This document shows, piece after piece, positions 9,424 through 24,899 of a stretch of 64,000 nt of DNA. The notes under the pieces are model-generated. The model did not search any database. It was given only the letters and a program-made list of their open reading frames with translations, and had not been told where the DNA came from. The stretch comes from Gammaproteobacteria bacterium (GTDB lineage Bacteria > Pseudomonadota > Gammaproteobacteria > Steroidobacterales > Woeseiaceae). The stretch covers positions 28,575-92,574 of the forward strand of contig JAHEGH010000002.1 of the NCBI GenBank assembly GCA_024639825.1, read 5' to 3'. A program made the translations under genes and the position numbers. Within the stretch, counting starts at the first letter, position 1, and each line of letters starts with the position of its first letter.

Positions 9424-11476
9424 GTGACCGTCGCCTGCCGGTTCGAAGCATGACCATGAAGAGGAACGCAGCGAGTAACCATGCCGCCCCCATGATGCGC
9501 ATTGCCGGCGCGCTCGTGGCCGTCGCCGGGAAACCGAAGATCGCATTCGCGCTTTGCCCGTACGGCATCAGGTTTGGTACCTGCTCGCTGGACAGCGGAT
9601 CGCCGGCTGGACGCACCGGGGTCTTGTCCACCGCGATCAGGCTCGTGTATTTGCTGACGAGATGGTGGGTCAACGCCGCCTCAAGAATACCTGCACGTAA
9701 CGCTTCGGCATTTCCGCCCCGGCGCTCCTGATCCATCAGCTCACCGATCCGCGCTCTTGCCCACAGCGCCGCGACACCCTCGCTCTGTACCGGCACATCG
9801 AGCACCAGGTCGGCCGTCCAGGCGCCCGCCACCGAGTTGCCGGTTATGCGCACCTCGTCGCCACGGCGAAACTTGTTCGACGCCCGCACTTTCACTAGCA
9901 CCGGTTCGCCCAGGTACAGGTCGGGTACGGTGGCTGGATAGCTGTCCACGATCACACCACTCGGCCAATGCATGTTGATGTCTGTGACCTGCGGGTGCTC
10001 GAGTTTCCGAAACAGCGCTTCCATCTTTTCGCTGACCTCGTGCAGCGCGCTTATCAATGTGTAGGAACCTCGCCCGGCCTCCGCGGCCTTGCGCATGAAC
10101 AGGCTGTTGGGTGCGGAACCGATGCCCACCGTAAACAGGCGCGCGGCGCCAAGACGTTGTTCGATCATCGAGAACATCTGGTCTTCGTAGCCAACGCTGC
10201 CGTCCGTAATGAAGACGATCTGCCGAAGATGGGATTCCTGGGCCGGCGTGCTTAAAGCGAGCTTAAGCGCCGGGCGCATTTCGGTACCACCGTCAGCCTG
10301 CAGCTTTTGCACAAAGTTGAGCGCGGTCGCAACGTTGCTGGCCGACGCCGGCATGCTGTGTGGGGATAGCGCGGTGGTGTAGGAGTTAAACTCGATGACG
10401 TTGAACAGATCGCCTGGCTGCAGCGCCTTGATCGCCAGATCCACAGCGCGTTTTGCCTGCGACATTGATACACCGTGCATCGAACCCGACGTATCGACAA
10501 TGAATATAGTCTCACGCGGCATTTGTGCCGGCGACGCGTCTTCCTGATCTGGCGGCATGACCATGAGCAGGTGATACGGCTTGCCATCGATCGTCTCGGT
10601 GAATGCCATCGCTCGCGGCTCAGCAGAGGGTACGGGTTGCCACACAAGCTCGAAGTCGTGGTTCATGATCGTTTTCTGGTCGGACAAGGCAACGGTGTAT
10701 TGCCCCTCCTTTTCCGACACGCTAACCGGGTGGTAACGGCTGGCGATGATCTTGAGAGGCATGCCAGCATTCACGTGGGCGTTCAACGAAATCTTGTGGT
10801 TCGAAGAACGGCTGACCTGCGGTGGCGTAATCAGCGATGCGTCGGCGACCTGATCGGTGTCTGCCGACCAGCCGTTTCCCTGTTTGTCCGGCAGCGCCTG
10901 TCCCGGGATATAGCGCGGCGTCAGTGTCATTGGGAATCGGATACTGAAGCGGCCATCTTCGTAGCGAAGATCTTCCAGGTACTCGATTTCGACAACCACC
11001 CGTTCGCCGGGTGCGACATTTGCCACTGACGTTGTAAACAGGTTGGCACGCTGTTGCTGCACGAGGCTGGCTTTCCTGCCGCTCTGCCTGGCCTGCTCGT
11101 ACTCCTTTTTTGCCTGTTCCTTTTCACGAATTTCTCCCTCGATGAAGCGATCACCTATGTGCAGGCGCATGCGATCAACTGCTGCCTTGTCGGGCAACGG
11201 AAAAACGTAGATGCCTTCCACCCACTCGCCACCCTCGTTGCGGAATTCCTGTCGAACCTTCACGCGCGCTACGAGACCGCTGATATCCATACGGACGTCG
11301 GTGTTAAGCGTGGTGGCGGTCGCGTACCCCTGTTCCATGCGCCACAAAAGACTGCCAGCCTGTGCAGCCCCGGGTGTGGCTTCATTGGCCGATACAGGCT
11401 CCGGAAACGCCTGCAGCACGAACAACAGTGCGAGAATCCATAGCCAGGATCGAAGATCGGATTTGATGGTTTGCAT
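9407..11476 (-). CDS. Marine proteobacterial sortase target protein (VIT + vWA domains, C-terminal sorting signal)
   Basis: VIT YVFPLPDKAAVD, vWA MIDAS DTSGSM...FITDG, C-terminal FPATAT + TM + basic tail. ATG at 11476 is preceded by AAGGGAGG. Confidence 0.9.
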   Translation of the reverse strand: MQTIKSDLRSWLWILALLFVLQAFPEPVSANEATPGAAQAGSLLWRMEQGYATATTLNTDVRMDISGLVARVKVRQEFRNEGGEWVEGIYVFPLPDKAAVDRMRLHIGDRFIEGEIREKEQAKKEYEQARQSGRKASLVQQQRANLFTTSVANVAPGERVVVEIEYLEDLRYEDGRFSIRFPMTLTPRYIPGQALPDKQGNGWSADTDQVADASLITPPQVSRSSNHKISLNAHVNAGMPLKIIASRYHPVSVSEKEGQYTVALSDQKTIMNHDFELVWQPVPSAEPRAMAFTETIDGKPYHLLMVMPPDQEDASPAQMPRETIFIVDTSGSMHGVSMSQAKRAVDLAIKALQPGDLFNVIEFNSYTTALSPHSMPASASNVATALNFVQKLQADGGTEMRPALKLALSTPAQESHLRQIVFITDGSVGYEDQMFSMIEQRLGAARLFTVGIGSAPNSLFMRKAAEAGRGSYTLISALHEVSEKMEALFRKLEHPQVTDINMHWPSGVIVDSYPATVPDLYLGEPVLVKVRASNKFRRGDEVRITGNSVAGAWTADLVLDVPVQSEGVAALWARARIGELMDQERRGGNAEALRAGILEAALTHHLVSKYTSLIAVDKTPVRPAGDPLSSEQVPNLMPYGQSANAIFGFPATATSAPAMRIMGAAWLLAAFLFMVMLRTGRRRSRGRRA

Positions 11477-11542
11477 TACGGCCTCCCTTTGGCGTGATAA
11501 CCATTTAAAGGGGGCAATGGGCCGGACCGCGGCCTGTGTCAT

Positions 11543-11576
11543 GGCAATGCACGGGCGGAATGTGGCAAATTGTGAC
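11543..11576. promoter_or_regulatory. Phased direct repeats, candidate PdsR (OmpR-family) binding site
   Basis: GGC at 11543, 11554 and 11564 and GAC at 11574 (10-11 bp period; GGCGGAATGT/GGCAAATTGT) between the divergent target and pdsR genes. Confidence 0.4.
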
Positions 11577-11596
11577 GGACCAACAAGGGGACCCAG

Positions 11597-12289
11597 GTGG
11601 CCAAACGAATAGCAATCGTCGAAGACGAAGCAGCAATACGGGAAAACTATGCGGCAGCGTTCAGCCGGGAAGGCTATGTCGTCGACGGCTACGAGGCGCG
11701 ACGGCCGGCGCTTGATGCATTCGAAAGCCGCCTGCCCGATCTTGTCGTCATTGACATCAATCTGAAAGATGATGTGGAAGGCGGGTTTGAGCTATGCCGC
11801 GAACTTCGGGCACGCGCTGCCGATCTGCCGATCATCTTCCTGACCGCAAGGGACAGCGAATTCGATGCGGTGTCAGGCCTGCGCCTCGGCGCTGATGATT
11901 ACCTCACGAAAGACATCAGCCTGCCGCATTTGATGGCGCGCGTTGCGGCGCTGTTTCGTCGCCTCGACGCGATGCAGAAGCCGCAGGGTACCGAGAGCCG
12001 CATAACGCGCGGTGACCTGAGTATCGATACAGAGCGCATGACGATTCGCTGGCAGGACGAGCCGGTCGGGCTGACTCTGACGGAGTTCTGGTTGGTCCAT
12101 GCTCTCGCGCGTTACCCGGGACATGTGAAGAATCGGCAGCAGCTTATGGATGCCGCGCAGGCGGTACTCGACGACAACACGATCACGTCTCACGTCAAAC
12201 GTATTCGTCGCAAGTTCCACGCTATCGATGAGAGTTTCGATTCCATCGAGACGGTTTATGGTATGGGCTATCGCTGGATCAGCAATTAG
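11597..12289 (+). CDS. pdsR: Proteobacterial dedicated sortase system response regulator
   Basis: OmpR-type RIAIVEDEAAIRENY, FLTARDSEFD.VSGLRLGADDYLTKD, TITSHVKRIRRKF; adjacent to the sortase locus. Confidence 0.9.
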   Translation: MAKRIAIVEDEAAIRENYAAAFSREGYVVDGYEARRPALDAFESRLPDLVVIDINLKDDVEGGFELCRELRARAADLPIIFLTARDSEFDAVSGLRLGADDYLTKDISLPHLMARVAALFRRLDAMQKPQGTESRITRGDLSIDTERMTIRWQDEPVGLTLTEFWLVHALARYPGHVKNRQQLMDAAQAVLDDNTITSHVKRIRRKFHAIDESFDSIETVYGMGYRWISN

Positions 12290-14334
12290 TGAATCTTCGG
12301 CGCCAGCTGCTACTCGTCAGCCTGCTGACCCTGATGTTGCCCTGGGCTGGCTGTGAATTCATTCGTGAAACCGAGATTGCGCTGCGCTCGGGTCAAGAGC
12401 AGATGCTGGCTGGAACGGCCAGGGCGATTGCCGGCTCAATGGTTCAGTACCGCGACGAGTTTCCCGTCCGTGACAGGTCCTATAGCGTCGGTGATCAGCT
12501 GTACATATACCGCCTCGATTCGCGGCCCGAGATCGACGGGTATTTTGACGACTGGGCACTCCCGTCCGCGTCGTTGCGTTCATTACGAGGCAGCGATGGT
12601 CTCATCCGTTTTGCCGTTGCGTCGTATGCGGAGGCAACCTATCTCTACGTTGAAGTCGCCGATCGCGATGTTATCTATGCAACCGCACAGTCGCTTCTGG
12701 TCGATGGTGCATCACAATTTGCCGATCGGGTTACGCTGGTAAGCAACCGCCCATCCAAATTCAGCGAGGCATTTACGTTCGCGGCGGAAGCGCCCGGCAG
12801 AATAATAAGCTATCGCCAATCGCCCTTTGGCTTTGAAGCTCAGGCCACTATCACAGCGTTCTGGCAGGATATTCCTGGCGGGTATCATCTGGAGGCCCGT
12901 ATTCCATCAGGACAGCTTGGTCCACGCCTCGGCCTGGTCATTCAAAATACAGCCGACCCGTTGCAGGCAGGTACTCGCAGCAGCTCATTCTCGGGTCGCA
13001 TACCGGGCTTGGCGATGAGCAAGATTGCCGAGCTGGAGCAGGTCGCGGAAGAACTCGTAGGGCCTGACATGCGTCTGATCCTCACAGACGCTGATGGCTG
13101 GCGTGTTGCTGCAGCCGGTGAGCTCGGATCGGGCGCGGGAGAGCCCTCGGACAACGGCTTCGCGCGACGCCTGTACGACTTGCTTGTCGAGCGAGGCAAG
13201 GAGGCGGCTTTCGCAGAGCCCGATCCGCAGGGGCGCGAGCAGCAACCCTACGTCAGTGCGGCACTGGAGGGCCGGGAAACAGGGACGTGGTTCAGAAACG
13301 TCGATACCGGGACGGCCATCGTTGCGGTTGCTGCGCCAATAAGCGATGGCGTCGAGGTGATCGGCGCGGTCATGTTACAGCGTGGTACAGACGCCATCCT
13401 GAGCCAGAGAAACGAGGGCTTGTCCCGACTCATCAACGTCACACTGATCACCACACTGGTGGTCGCGGGCGCGCTGCTCGGCTATGCGACCTGGCTGTCG
13501 CGTCGCATTCGAGCACTATCGATTGCCGCCGAAGATGCGCTGGAAACGGAAGACCTGGCTTCGGCATTGCCGAGCGCCCTCGCCGAGGACGAGATTGGCG
13601 ATTTGTCGCGGAGCTTCTCCTGGGTGTTGCGGCAGCTCGGCGAGTACAACGAGTACCTGCGCTCGCTCGCGTCCAAGCTGTCGCACGAACTACGCACGCC
13701 GCTCGCAATTGTGACCTCATCGCTGGAGAACCTCGAGCATGAAGCGCTCAACGAGGCGTCGCTCGGCTACACGGCGAGAGCGCGCGAAGGTGCCGATCGC
13801 TTGCGGCGAATTCTCAGCGCTATGAGCGAGGCAAGCCGGGTTGAGGAGCTGATGAAGCATGCCGAACCCGAACAGTTCGACTTACGGGCCGTTCTCGACT
13901 CGACGACGCGGGCCTATCGCGACGTCTACAGGAATCGGGCGTTTGAATTTACCGGGCGTATTGAGTCGGCACAGACCACGGGGTCACCGGAGCTGTTGAT
14001 CCAGATGCTCGACAAACTGGTTGATAATGCTGTCGACTTTAGCGAGGACGATGACACCATCACGTTGTCGCTGGAAGAACGGGATGATGAGTTCCTCATT
14101 GCCGTTACCAATCCCGGACCTGAGCTTCCGGAGCGCATGCGCTCGCAGCTGTTCGACTCAATGGTTTCGGTGCGCAGCGGCAAAGACTCGCGCCATCTCG
14201 GTCTGGGCCTTTATGTTGCGCGCCTGATCGCAGAAGGGCACGGCGGCCGTATCAGTGCGGACAACGTCGAGGGCGGCGTCTGTTTCACCGTATCGATACC
14301 CTCCGGTTGCAATCTCGATGCAACAAAGCGATAA
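12289..14334 (+). CDS. pdsS: Proteobacterial dedicated sortase system histidine kinase
   Basis: MNLRRQLLLVSLLTLMLPWAG N-terminus, HAMP DEIGDLSRSF, H-box KLSHELRTPL, HLGLGLY; translationally coupled to pdsR. Confidence 0.88.
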   Translation: MNLRRQLLLVSLLTLMLPWAGCEFIRETEIALRSGQEQMLAGTARAIAGSMVQYRDEFPVRDRSYSVGDQLYIYRLDSRPEIDGYFDDWALPSASLRSLRGSDGLIRFAVASYAEATYLYVEVADRDVIYATAQSLLVDGASQFADRVTLVSNRPSKFSEAFTFAAEAPGRIISYRQSPFGFEAQATITAFWQDIPGGYHLEARIPSGQLGPRLGLVIQNTADPLQAGTRSSSFSGRIPGLAMSKIAELEQVAEELVGPDMRLILTDADGWRVAAAGELGSGAGEPSDNGFARRLYDLLVERGKEAAFAEPDPQGREQQPYVSAALEGRETGTWFRNVDTGTAIVAVAAPISDGVEVIGAVMLQRGTDAILSQRNEGLSRLINVTLITTLVVAGALLGYATWLSRRIRALSIAAEDALETEDLASALPSALAEDEIGDLSRSFSWVLRQLGEYNEYLRSLASKLSHELRTPLAIVTSSLENLEHEALNEASLGYTARAREGADRLRRILSAMSEASRVEELMKHAEPEQFDLRAVLDSTTRAYRDVYRNRAFEFTGRIESAQTTGSPELLIQMLDKLVDNAVDFSEDDDTITLSLEERDDEFLIAVTNPGPELPERMRSQLFDSMVSVRSGKDSRHLGLGLYVARLIAEGHGGRISADNVEGGVCFTVSIPSGCNLDATKR

Positions 14335-14366
14335 AGTACTGCTTCGATCTCGTCAGGAGCAAGACA

Positions 14367-14912
14367 ATGATGTTACGTAACGGTTCTTCCTTGCTTGTCC
14401 TCGCGATTCTGATGTTTCCTGGCGTCGGTCAGGCCGCCCCCTCCAATTACGATGAATGCATTCTCGAATCGTTGAAGGGTGTGTCGAGCGACATCGCCGC
14501 CCAGGCAATCATTTCAAGTTGCCGCAACCTGTATCCCGAACAGAAGGAAGTCGCCGCCCGGGTAGAAAACACGGCTCCGCCGCAAACCACTGCGCCCATT
14601 CCGCAGCCGGTCCCGGTTGCTACGGGACCAGGCAGAAGTTTGACGGCTGCAGAACTCGACAAACTCAGAGCCACAATCAAGGCGTTTGGCAGTAGCTACA
14701 CCGCTACCATTCAGAACAAGAATGAGAATCTTACGGTTACCGAAGTGACCATAGCGGTCTGGGACGATTCCGACTCAAGCTCGTTGCGCGAGTATCCGCA
14801 GGAAGTGATGATTGCCCCGATGGAATCGGTGAAATCCAGGTTTACTGTCCACTACAGAGGCAACGAACTCACCTGGGCCTGGAAGGTTGCCTCAGCTAAA
14901 GGCTACGACTGA
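14367..14912 (+). CDS. Hypothetical secreted protein
   Basis: Signal peptide, YDECIL...SCRNLYP Cys pair, Pro/Thr linker, beta-rich C-terminal domain; start uncertain (14307-14370). Confidence 0.6.
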   Translation: MMLRNGSSLLVLAILMFPGVGQAAPSNYDECILESLKGVSSDIAAQAIISSCRNLYPEQKEVAARVENTAPPQTTAPIPQPVPVATGPGRSLTAAELDKLRATIKAFGSSYTATIQNKNENLTVTEVTIAVWDDSDSSSLREYPQEVMIAPMESVKSRFTVHYRGNELTWAWKVASAKGYD

Positions 14913-15319
14913 TTCGGGCTCGCAAATCGCCGTGGACGAACCCAGAACCAGCTGGCAACCACGATCCCGGCAAAAACCGTGTAGCAAACCGCGAACACCC
15001 ATGCGGGAGCCTGGTAGTACAGAATGGCGTCAAGCCAGTGAGAGATGAAGGCGCCAGAGTACGTAGCGTCTCCGGCGCGCTCGCGAAGCGCCATCTCCCA
15101 GGTCGTCAACGGACAGATCATCCCAAACCAGGATTGCAGTGTGACGACGCCAATGGCAGCAAGGTGTGTAATTCGAAACCCCGGGTTTCGAACCCAGCCC
15201 CAATTCCGGAACTTACCCGCAAAGATGAGCACCAGACCGAGAACCACGAACGTGACAAATAAGACGTGACCGAAGAGCAACGCGTCTGCGGCCAGCAGCA
15301 ACAGGGAGGCACGGTCCAC
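14903..15319 (-). CDS. DUF2784-family membrane protein
   Basis: ADALLFGH..FVTFVVLG, FRITHL, CPLTTWEMALR, Y.GAFISHWL. Confidence 0.8.
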   Translation of the reverse strand: MDRASLLLLAADALLFGHVLFVTFVVLGLVLIFAGKFRNWGWVRNPGFRITHLAAIGVVTLQSWFGMICPLTTWEMALRERAGDATYSGAFISHWLDAILYYQAPAWVFAVCYTVFAGIVVASWFWVRPRRFASPNQS

Positions 15320-15321
15320 CG

Positions 15322-15633
15322 TTATGCGCCGGGGGTCTTACGCGGGAGACCCGCCTCCGCCTTGACCTCAAGGGGGCCAAAGCGCGCCTTGATATAGCTC
15401 ATGGCGCCCACGGGAACCGAAAACCAGATTAGTGCACCGTAGAGTCCCAGCTCCACCAGGACAACGAAGGTGGTCGCCGCGGTAACCAGGAAAGTCACCA
15501 CGGAGAAGAATGCGGTGACCGCCGATTTAACTCCGACACTTCTCCGGCACTCAGGACATCGGGTATCCCGAAACAGTATCGCCTTGATTTGTATCGAGTC
15601 GCTGGAGCAGTGCGGACATCTTCTGCACATCAT
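15322..15633 (-). CDS. Small membrane protein with N-terminal CxxC...CxxC (Zn-ribbon-like)
   Basis: CPHC...CPEC followed by two TM segments. Confidence 0.55.
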   Translation of the reverse strand: MMCRRCPHCSSDSIQIKAILFRDTRCPECRRSVGVKSAVTAFFSVVTFLVTAATTFVVLVELGLYGALIWFSVPVGAMSYIKARFGPLEVKAEAGLPRKTPGA

Positions 15634-15667
15634 CTTCTACACCTCGGTCACCCGCTTACACGAAGAG

Positions 15668-16098
15668 CTACTCCCGAAGCCTGACATTCGGATCCAGGTA
15701 AAACATCTTCTTCCACCCCTGCGTCTCGGTATCCAACCGCGAGACACGAACTCACCGAAAGTTGCCAGTGAAGCATCCATGTGAGCGTAATAATGAAATC
15801 GCCATTTTGGTCCGAGGACAAGGCTAACGTTCCCCCCGCGACTGTTGTTGCCGCTGAAGACCACCAGCCCTCCGGTTGCGGCCAGAACGTGTTTTCCTTT
15901 TGGAGCGAAAATATCGATCCCTTTGTGAACGCCCGATGCACCCCAGGGCTCGTACCAGAAGGTCGCGTCGTTCCAGTCAGGGGTCGTAGCGCCCTCCACT
16001 GGAATCACCAGGCGCTCCGGCACCAGGTAGCCTGCGAGAAAAACCACCAGTATTGTGACGCCGATACGTTTAGCCAGACGTCTCTTTCGTTCAGCCAT
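15668..16098 (-). pseudogene. M23-family peptidase with internal deletion/frameshift
   Basis: HKGID and YYAH motifs are present, but the frame turns to non-homologous sequence after FVSRG. The expected C-terminus LDTETQGWKKMFYLDPNVRLRE* lies in another frame from about 15736, and the HxH segment is absent. Confidence 0.7.
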
Positions 16099-16609
16099 GA
16101 TCGGCACCGCACTTGATAATAGACTCAACCAATTCCCATTCTTTCCGGCTACGCTGCGGGTCGGGGTCCTGGCAACATTCCACCTTTCGAACCCGGGCAA
16201 TGTAGTCCTCGGGAAATTGATTGAACTCGCATCCCAGCACTACGTATTCCCGGTACCAGTCTGTCGGAACCAGTGACTCGTCTATTGCTCCCTCGTCGGC
16301 AATATAGGACTTGCACCAGCCGAACCCGGGGACCTCGAGTGTCAGGCTGTTATAGCCCGACCCCAGGCCTTCGCAACGATCAAGAATGACTTCTTCCGCG
16401 GTGGCAATCTCGTAGACCGCCACGTACACCCCGTCACCGTCCTCGGAGATCGTACATTTGCCCGTACCGTCCACATGGCTTGTCTTCGAAAAATTGAGGG
16501 ACCAGGTCGGAAGAAAGTCCGTGCCGAGAAGTGTTGCAGATGGCACTCGCCTGTCCAGTCGAACAGGATGGAGGTTAGAGCCGTAGGCTGCGTAGCGGTA
16601 CTTGTTCAC
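16091..16609 (-). CDS. Gamma-glutamylcyclotransferase (GGCT/AIG2-like) protein
   Basis: YAAYGSNL motif, LDRCEG.G.GY, P..WY. Confidence 0.8.
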   Translation of the reverse strand: MNKYRYAAYGSNLHPVRLDRRVPSATLLGTDFLPTWSLNFSKTSHVDGTGKCTISEDGDGVYVAVYEIATAEEVILDRCEGLGSGYNSLTLEVPGFGWCKSYIADEGAIDESLVPTDWYREYVVLGCEFNQFPEDYIARVRKVECCQDPDPQRSRKEWELVESIIKCGADHG

Positions 16610-16651
16610 AATATGGTCATGGTAGATTTGTCGAACGTCGATACGACCCGG

Positions 16652-17209
16652 TTAATCCGCCTCACAACCGACCAACCTGAACGACGTCTCGTAGACCGAT
16701 TCGGCGTTTACGAATACGTTGACTGTCACAATGCCATCAACGTAATCCACGTCTCGTAAGTTGAGACCAGTGCTAACGAATGTTAAAGCGTAGTGTGGGT
16801 GTATTCGATTTTTCCACAGATACCGACCACCCGTTTCATCATGCTCGGAGTGCGACCAGACATACTCGACGAGGGTATCTTTGACTCTGCTCGTTGGATA
16901 CCGATGGCCGACGAAACGACTGTGAACGTCTGTAAAACGAATGGCGAGTGTGACTCCGATCCGACGCACCCTGCGACAATCGACGAGCACTGAACCGAGC
17001 GGCAACACCGGATTCCTGAAGGTATTGTCGTACACAGCCGTACCCTTGATCACCGACTTCTTGAATTCCTGGTAGGCACGCAATTTCTTTTGGTCACTAA
17101 CGTACCGGGCGACAGGAACGACCTCGAGAACTTCGGGAGCCGACAGGCATTCATTTGCCAGCAGGAGAACAGAGCAAACCGGGATCGTGAAGATGACCTT
17201 TCGCATCAT
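16652..17209 (-). CDS. Hypothetical protein with signal peptide
   Basis: 185-aa ORF directly downstream of gltD with a hydrophobic N-terminus; no family recognised. Confidence 0.5.
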   Translation of the reverse strand: MMRKVIFTIPVCSVLLLANECLSAPEVLEVVPVARYVSDQKKLRAYQEFKKSVIKGTAVYDNTFRNPVLPLGSVLVDCRRVRRIGVTLAIRFTDVHSRFVGHRYPTSRVKDTLVEYVWSHSEHDETGGRYLWKNRIHPHYALTFVSTGLNLRDVDYVDGIVTVNVFVNAESVYETSFRLVGCEAD

Positions 17210-17221
17210 CCCGCCATCGTC

Positions 17222-23091
<5,870 letters not shown>

Positions 23092-23221
23092 GAGAATCGC
23101 CCGCTGGCGGTCCTCGACAGAGGTTGTGTTGCTTTGAGATGGCGCAGAACGCCGTGAACCACTCAGTATAGGTTAGGAACCAGCGCCTCGCATCTGTTGC
23201 TTTCGCAACCAAACACGCGCT

Positions 23222-23686
23222 CTAGTTCAGTCGAATGGTGCCCTGCGTGCGGTAGGCGACAGGTGGCGTCAGCGGAATGTCGATGCCGAGCTGGCCATCG
23301 AGCTGATAGGGGACCTCACGTCGCGTGCCATCGCGCATAATGGAAAGTAACTGCGGTCCCGTCGTCAGCAGGTCAAGTTCAACACTGATTACAAACTGGG
23401 CGTCACCGCTCGCCGGGACGGAAAAGTCGCTCGCGGTCTTGCCGCTTGCGAACCGCTGGCCGTCGAGCCGCACACCGTAGCTGACATGATTAACCGGCAG
23501 CGGGAACGGATTCGGGTTGTGGATATCGAAGGACAGCAGGAATGTCTGATTATTAAAGCCCAGCCCGACCATCTGCACATCGCGCAGCTGGACGTCAGGC
23601 TTGCTCATGAGGTTCTCGGGAAGCGACGCGCAGCCAGCGAGCGCCAGCATGATCCCCATGATCGCCAGTCGTCTACTTGATTTCAT
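23222..23686 (-). CDS. LEA_2/WHy-domain lipoprotein
   Basis: Lipobox LAGC, NPNPFPLP motif; ATG at 23686. Confidence 0.8.
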   Translation of the reverse strand: MKSSRRLAIMGIMLALAGCASLPENLMSKPDVQLRDVQMVGLGFNNQTFLLSFDIHNPNPFPLPVNHVSYGVRLDGQRFASGKTASDFSVPASGDAQFVISVELDLLTTGPQLLSIMRDGTRREVPYQLDGQLGIDIPLTPPVAYRTQGTIRLN

Positions 23687-24134
23687 CACCCAATTCTCCC
23701 CAGCGTGCGGCGATAAGCTGCCAGTCATCGCCATCCTTTTCCAGCTCCAGCTCAAAACGGTACGCGTCTGCGCTGAACCCCAGGACCCCATCATTGGTGC
23801 CAGCCATGCCGACCGTCATGACAATTCTTGCTGCGGTGTCGCCGTACACCACAGTCTCTTCGATGTTCGGCAACAACGTGATGTTGTTCTGCCTGAGGAA
23901 ATACAGGCGCAGCAGGTTTTCTATGTCACTGCGTTCATTCCCTCGACCATCGACATATGACTCCGAGATCATGCCGACCAGGTTACGGCGCTCCTTACTC
24001 TCTGCCGCCTCAACGCCGTCGGCAACCCAGGCGCGCAGCTCAGCCTCAGGCGCGGAGGGCGGTTCACCGCAGGCCACCAGCGCCATCAGGGCGACGCTAA
24101 CCGTGCACAGCGTTCGAGTGAGCGGGTTCATCAT
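23673..24134 (-). CDS. Hypothetical lipoprotein (possible NTF2/SnoaL-like fold)
   Basis: Lipobox LVAC, ISESYVD..G, C-terminal DGDDWQLIAARW. Confidence 0.6.
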   Translation of the reverse strand: MMNPLTRTLCTVSVALMALVACGEPPSAPEAELRAWVADGVEAAESKERRNLVGMISESYVDGRGNERSDIENLLRLYFLRQNNITLLPNIEETVVYGDTAARIVMTVGMAGTNDGVLGFSADAYRFELELEKDGDDWQLIAARWGELGDEIK

Positions 24135-24263
24135 CTGCTAAAGTCTACTGACAACCACGGCCTGTGTGGTCAAAGACGCCCAAATTGTGACTCAGTTCGC
24201 ACTTTGGCCAGCGAGGCCACAGCTGAGATCACAATAATGTCCGTAAAACTGTATAGCGAAAGC

Positions 24264-24899
24264 ATGGGCGCCACGATCACCGACGAAGATCTGAGTCGGA
24301 TCGAGGCTATCCTCTCCTTCTGGTTCAAGGAACAGGAGCTGTCGGCGCCGCAGATTGATCGGCGTATGGATATCTGGTTTGGCGAAGATCCGGTATTCGA
24401 CCGCGAAATCGAGGAGGAATTTGCGGATGATGTGGAGCGCGCCTGTGAGGGCAAGCTCGACCACTGGGCTGCCGAGCCGCACGGACGTCTCGCGCTTATC
24501 ATTCTCATCGACCAGTTTCGCCGTAACATCTACCGCAACAGTGCCGAGGCGTTTTCCAAGGACAGGCTGGCGCTTAAGCTGTGCGTCGAGGGCGCGATGG
24601 AGAAGAAGGACAAGAACCTGACGCCCATCCAGCGCGTGTTCTTTTATATGCCATTGCAACACGCCGAGTCCGCCAAGGTTCAGGCCAAGGCGGTCGAATT
24701 GTACAATCGCCTCGCCGAATCAGTATCACCGACTTACCAGGAGACGTTCCTGACGGTGGCGCAATTCGCTGAACTCCATAAAGACATCATCGACCAGTTT
24801 GGCCGCTTTCCGCACCGGAATAAGCTGCTGGGCCGCGAGAACACCAGCGAAGAAGACGAGTACCTCGCCAGCGACAGCCCCGATTTCGGGCAGGGTTAG
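24264..24899 (+). CDS. DUF924 family protein
   Basis: ILSFWF, LALIILIDQFRRNIYR, FFYMPLQHAES, FGRFPHRN. Confidence 0.88.
   Translation: MGATITDEDLSRIEAILSFWFKEQELSAPQIDRRMDIWFGEDPVFDREIEEEFADDVERACEGKLDHWAAEPHGRLALIILIDQFRRNIYRNSAEAFSKDRLALKLCVEGAMEKKDKNLTPIQRVFFYMPLQHAESAKVQAKAVELYNRLAESVSPTYQETFLTVAQFAELHKDIIDQFGRFPHRNKLLGRENTSEEDEYLASDSPDFGQG

Noticed and set aside
14903..17209. Co-oriented short genes as an integron cassette array
   Set aside because: The gaps are too short, and no attC-like inverted core sites or integrase were seen.
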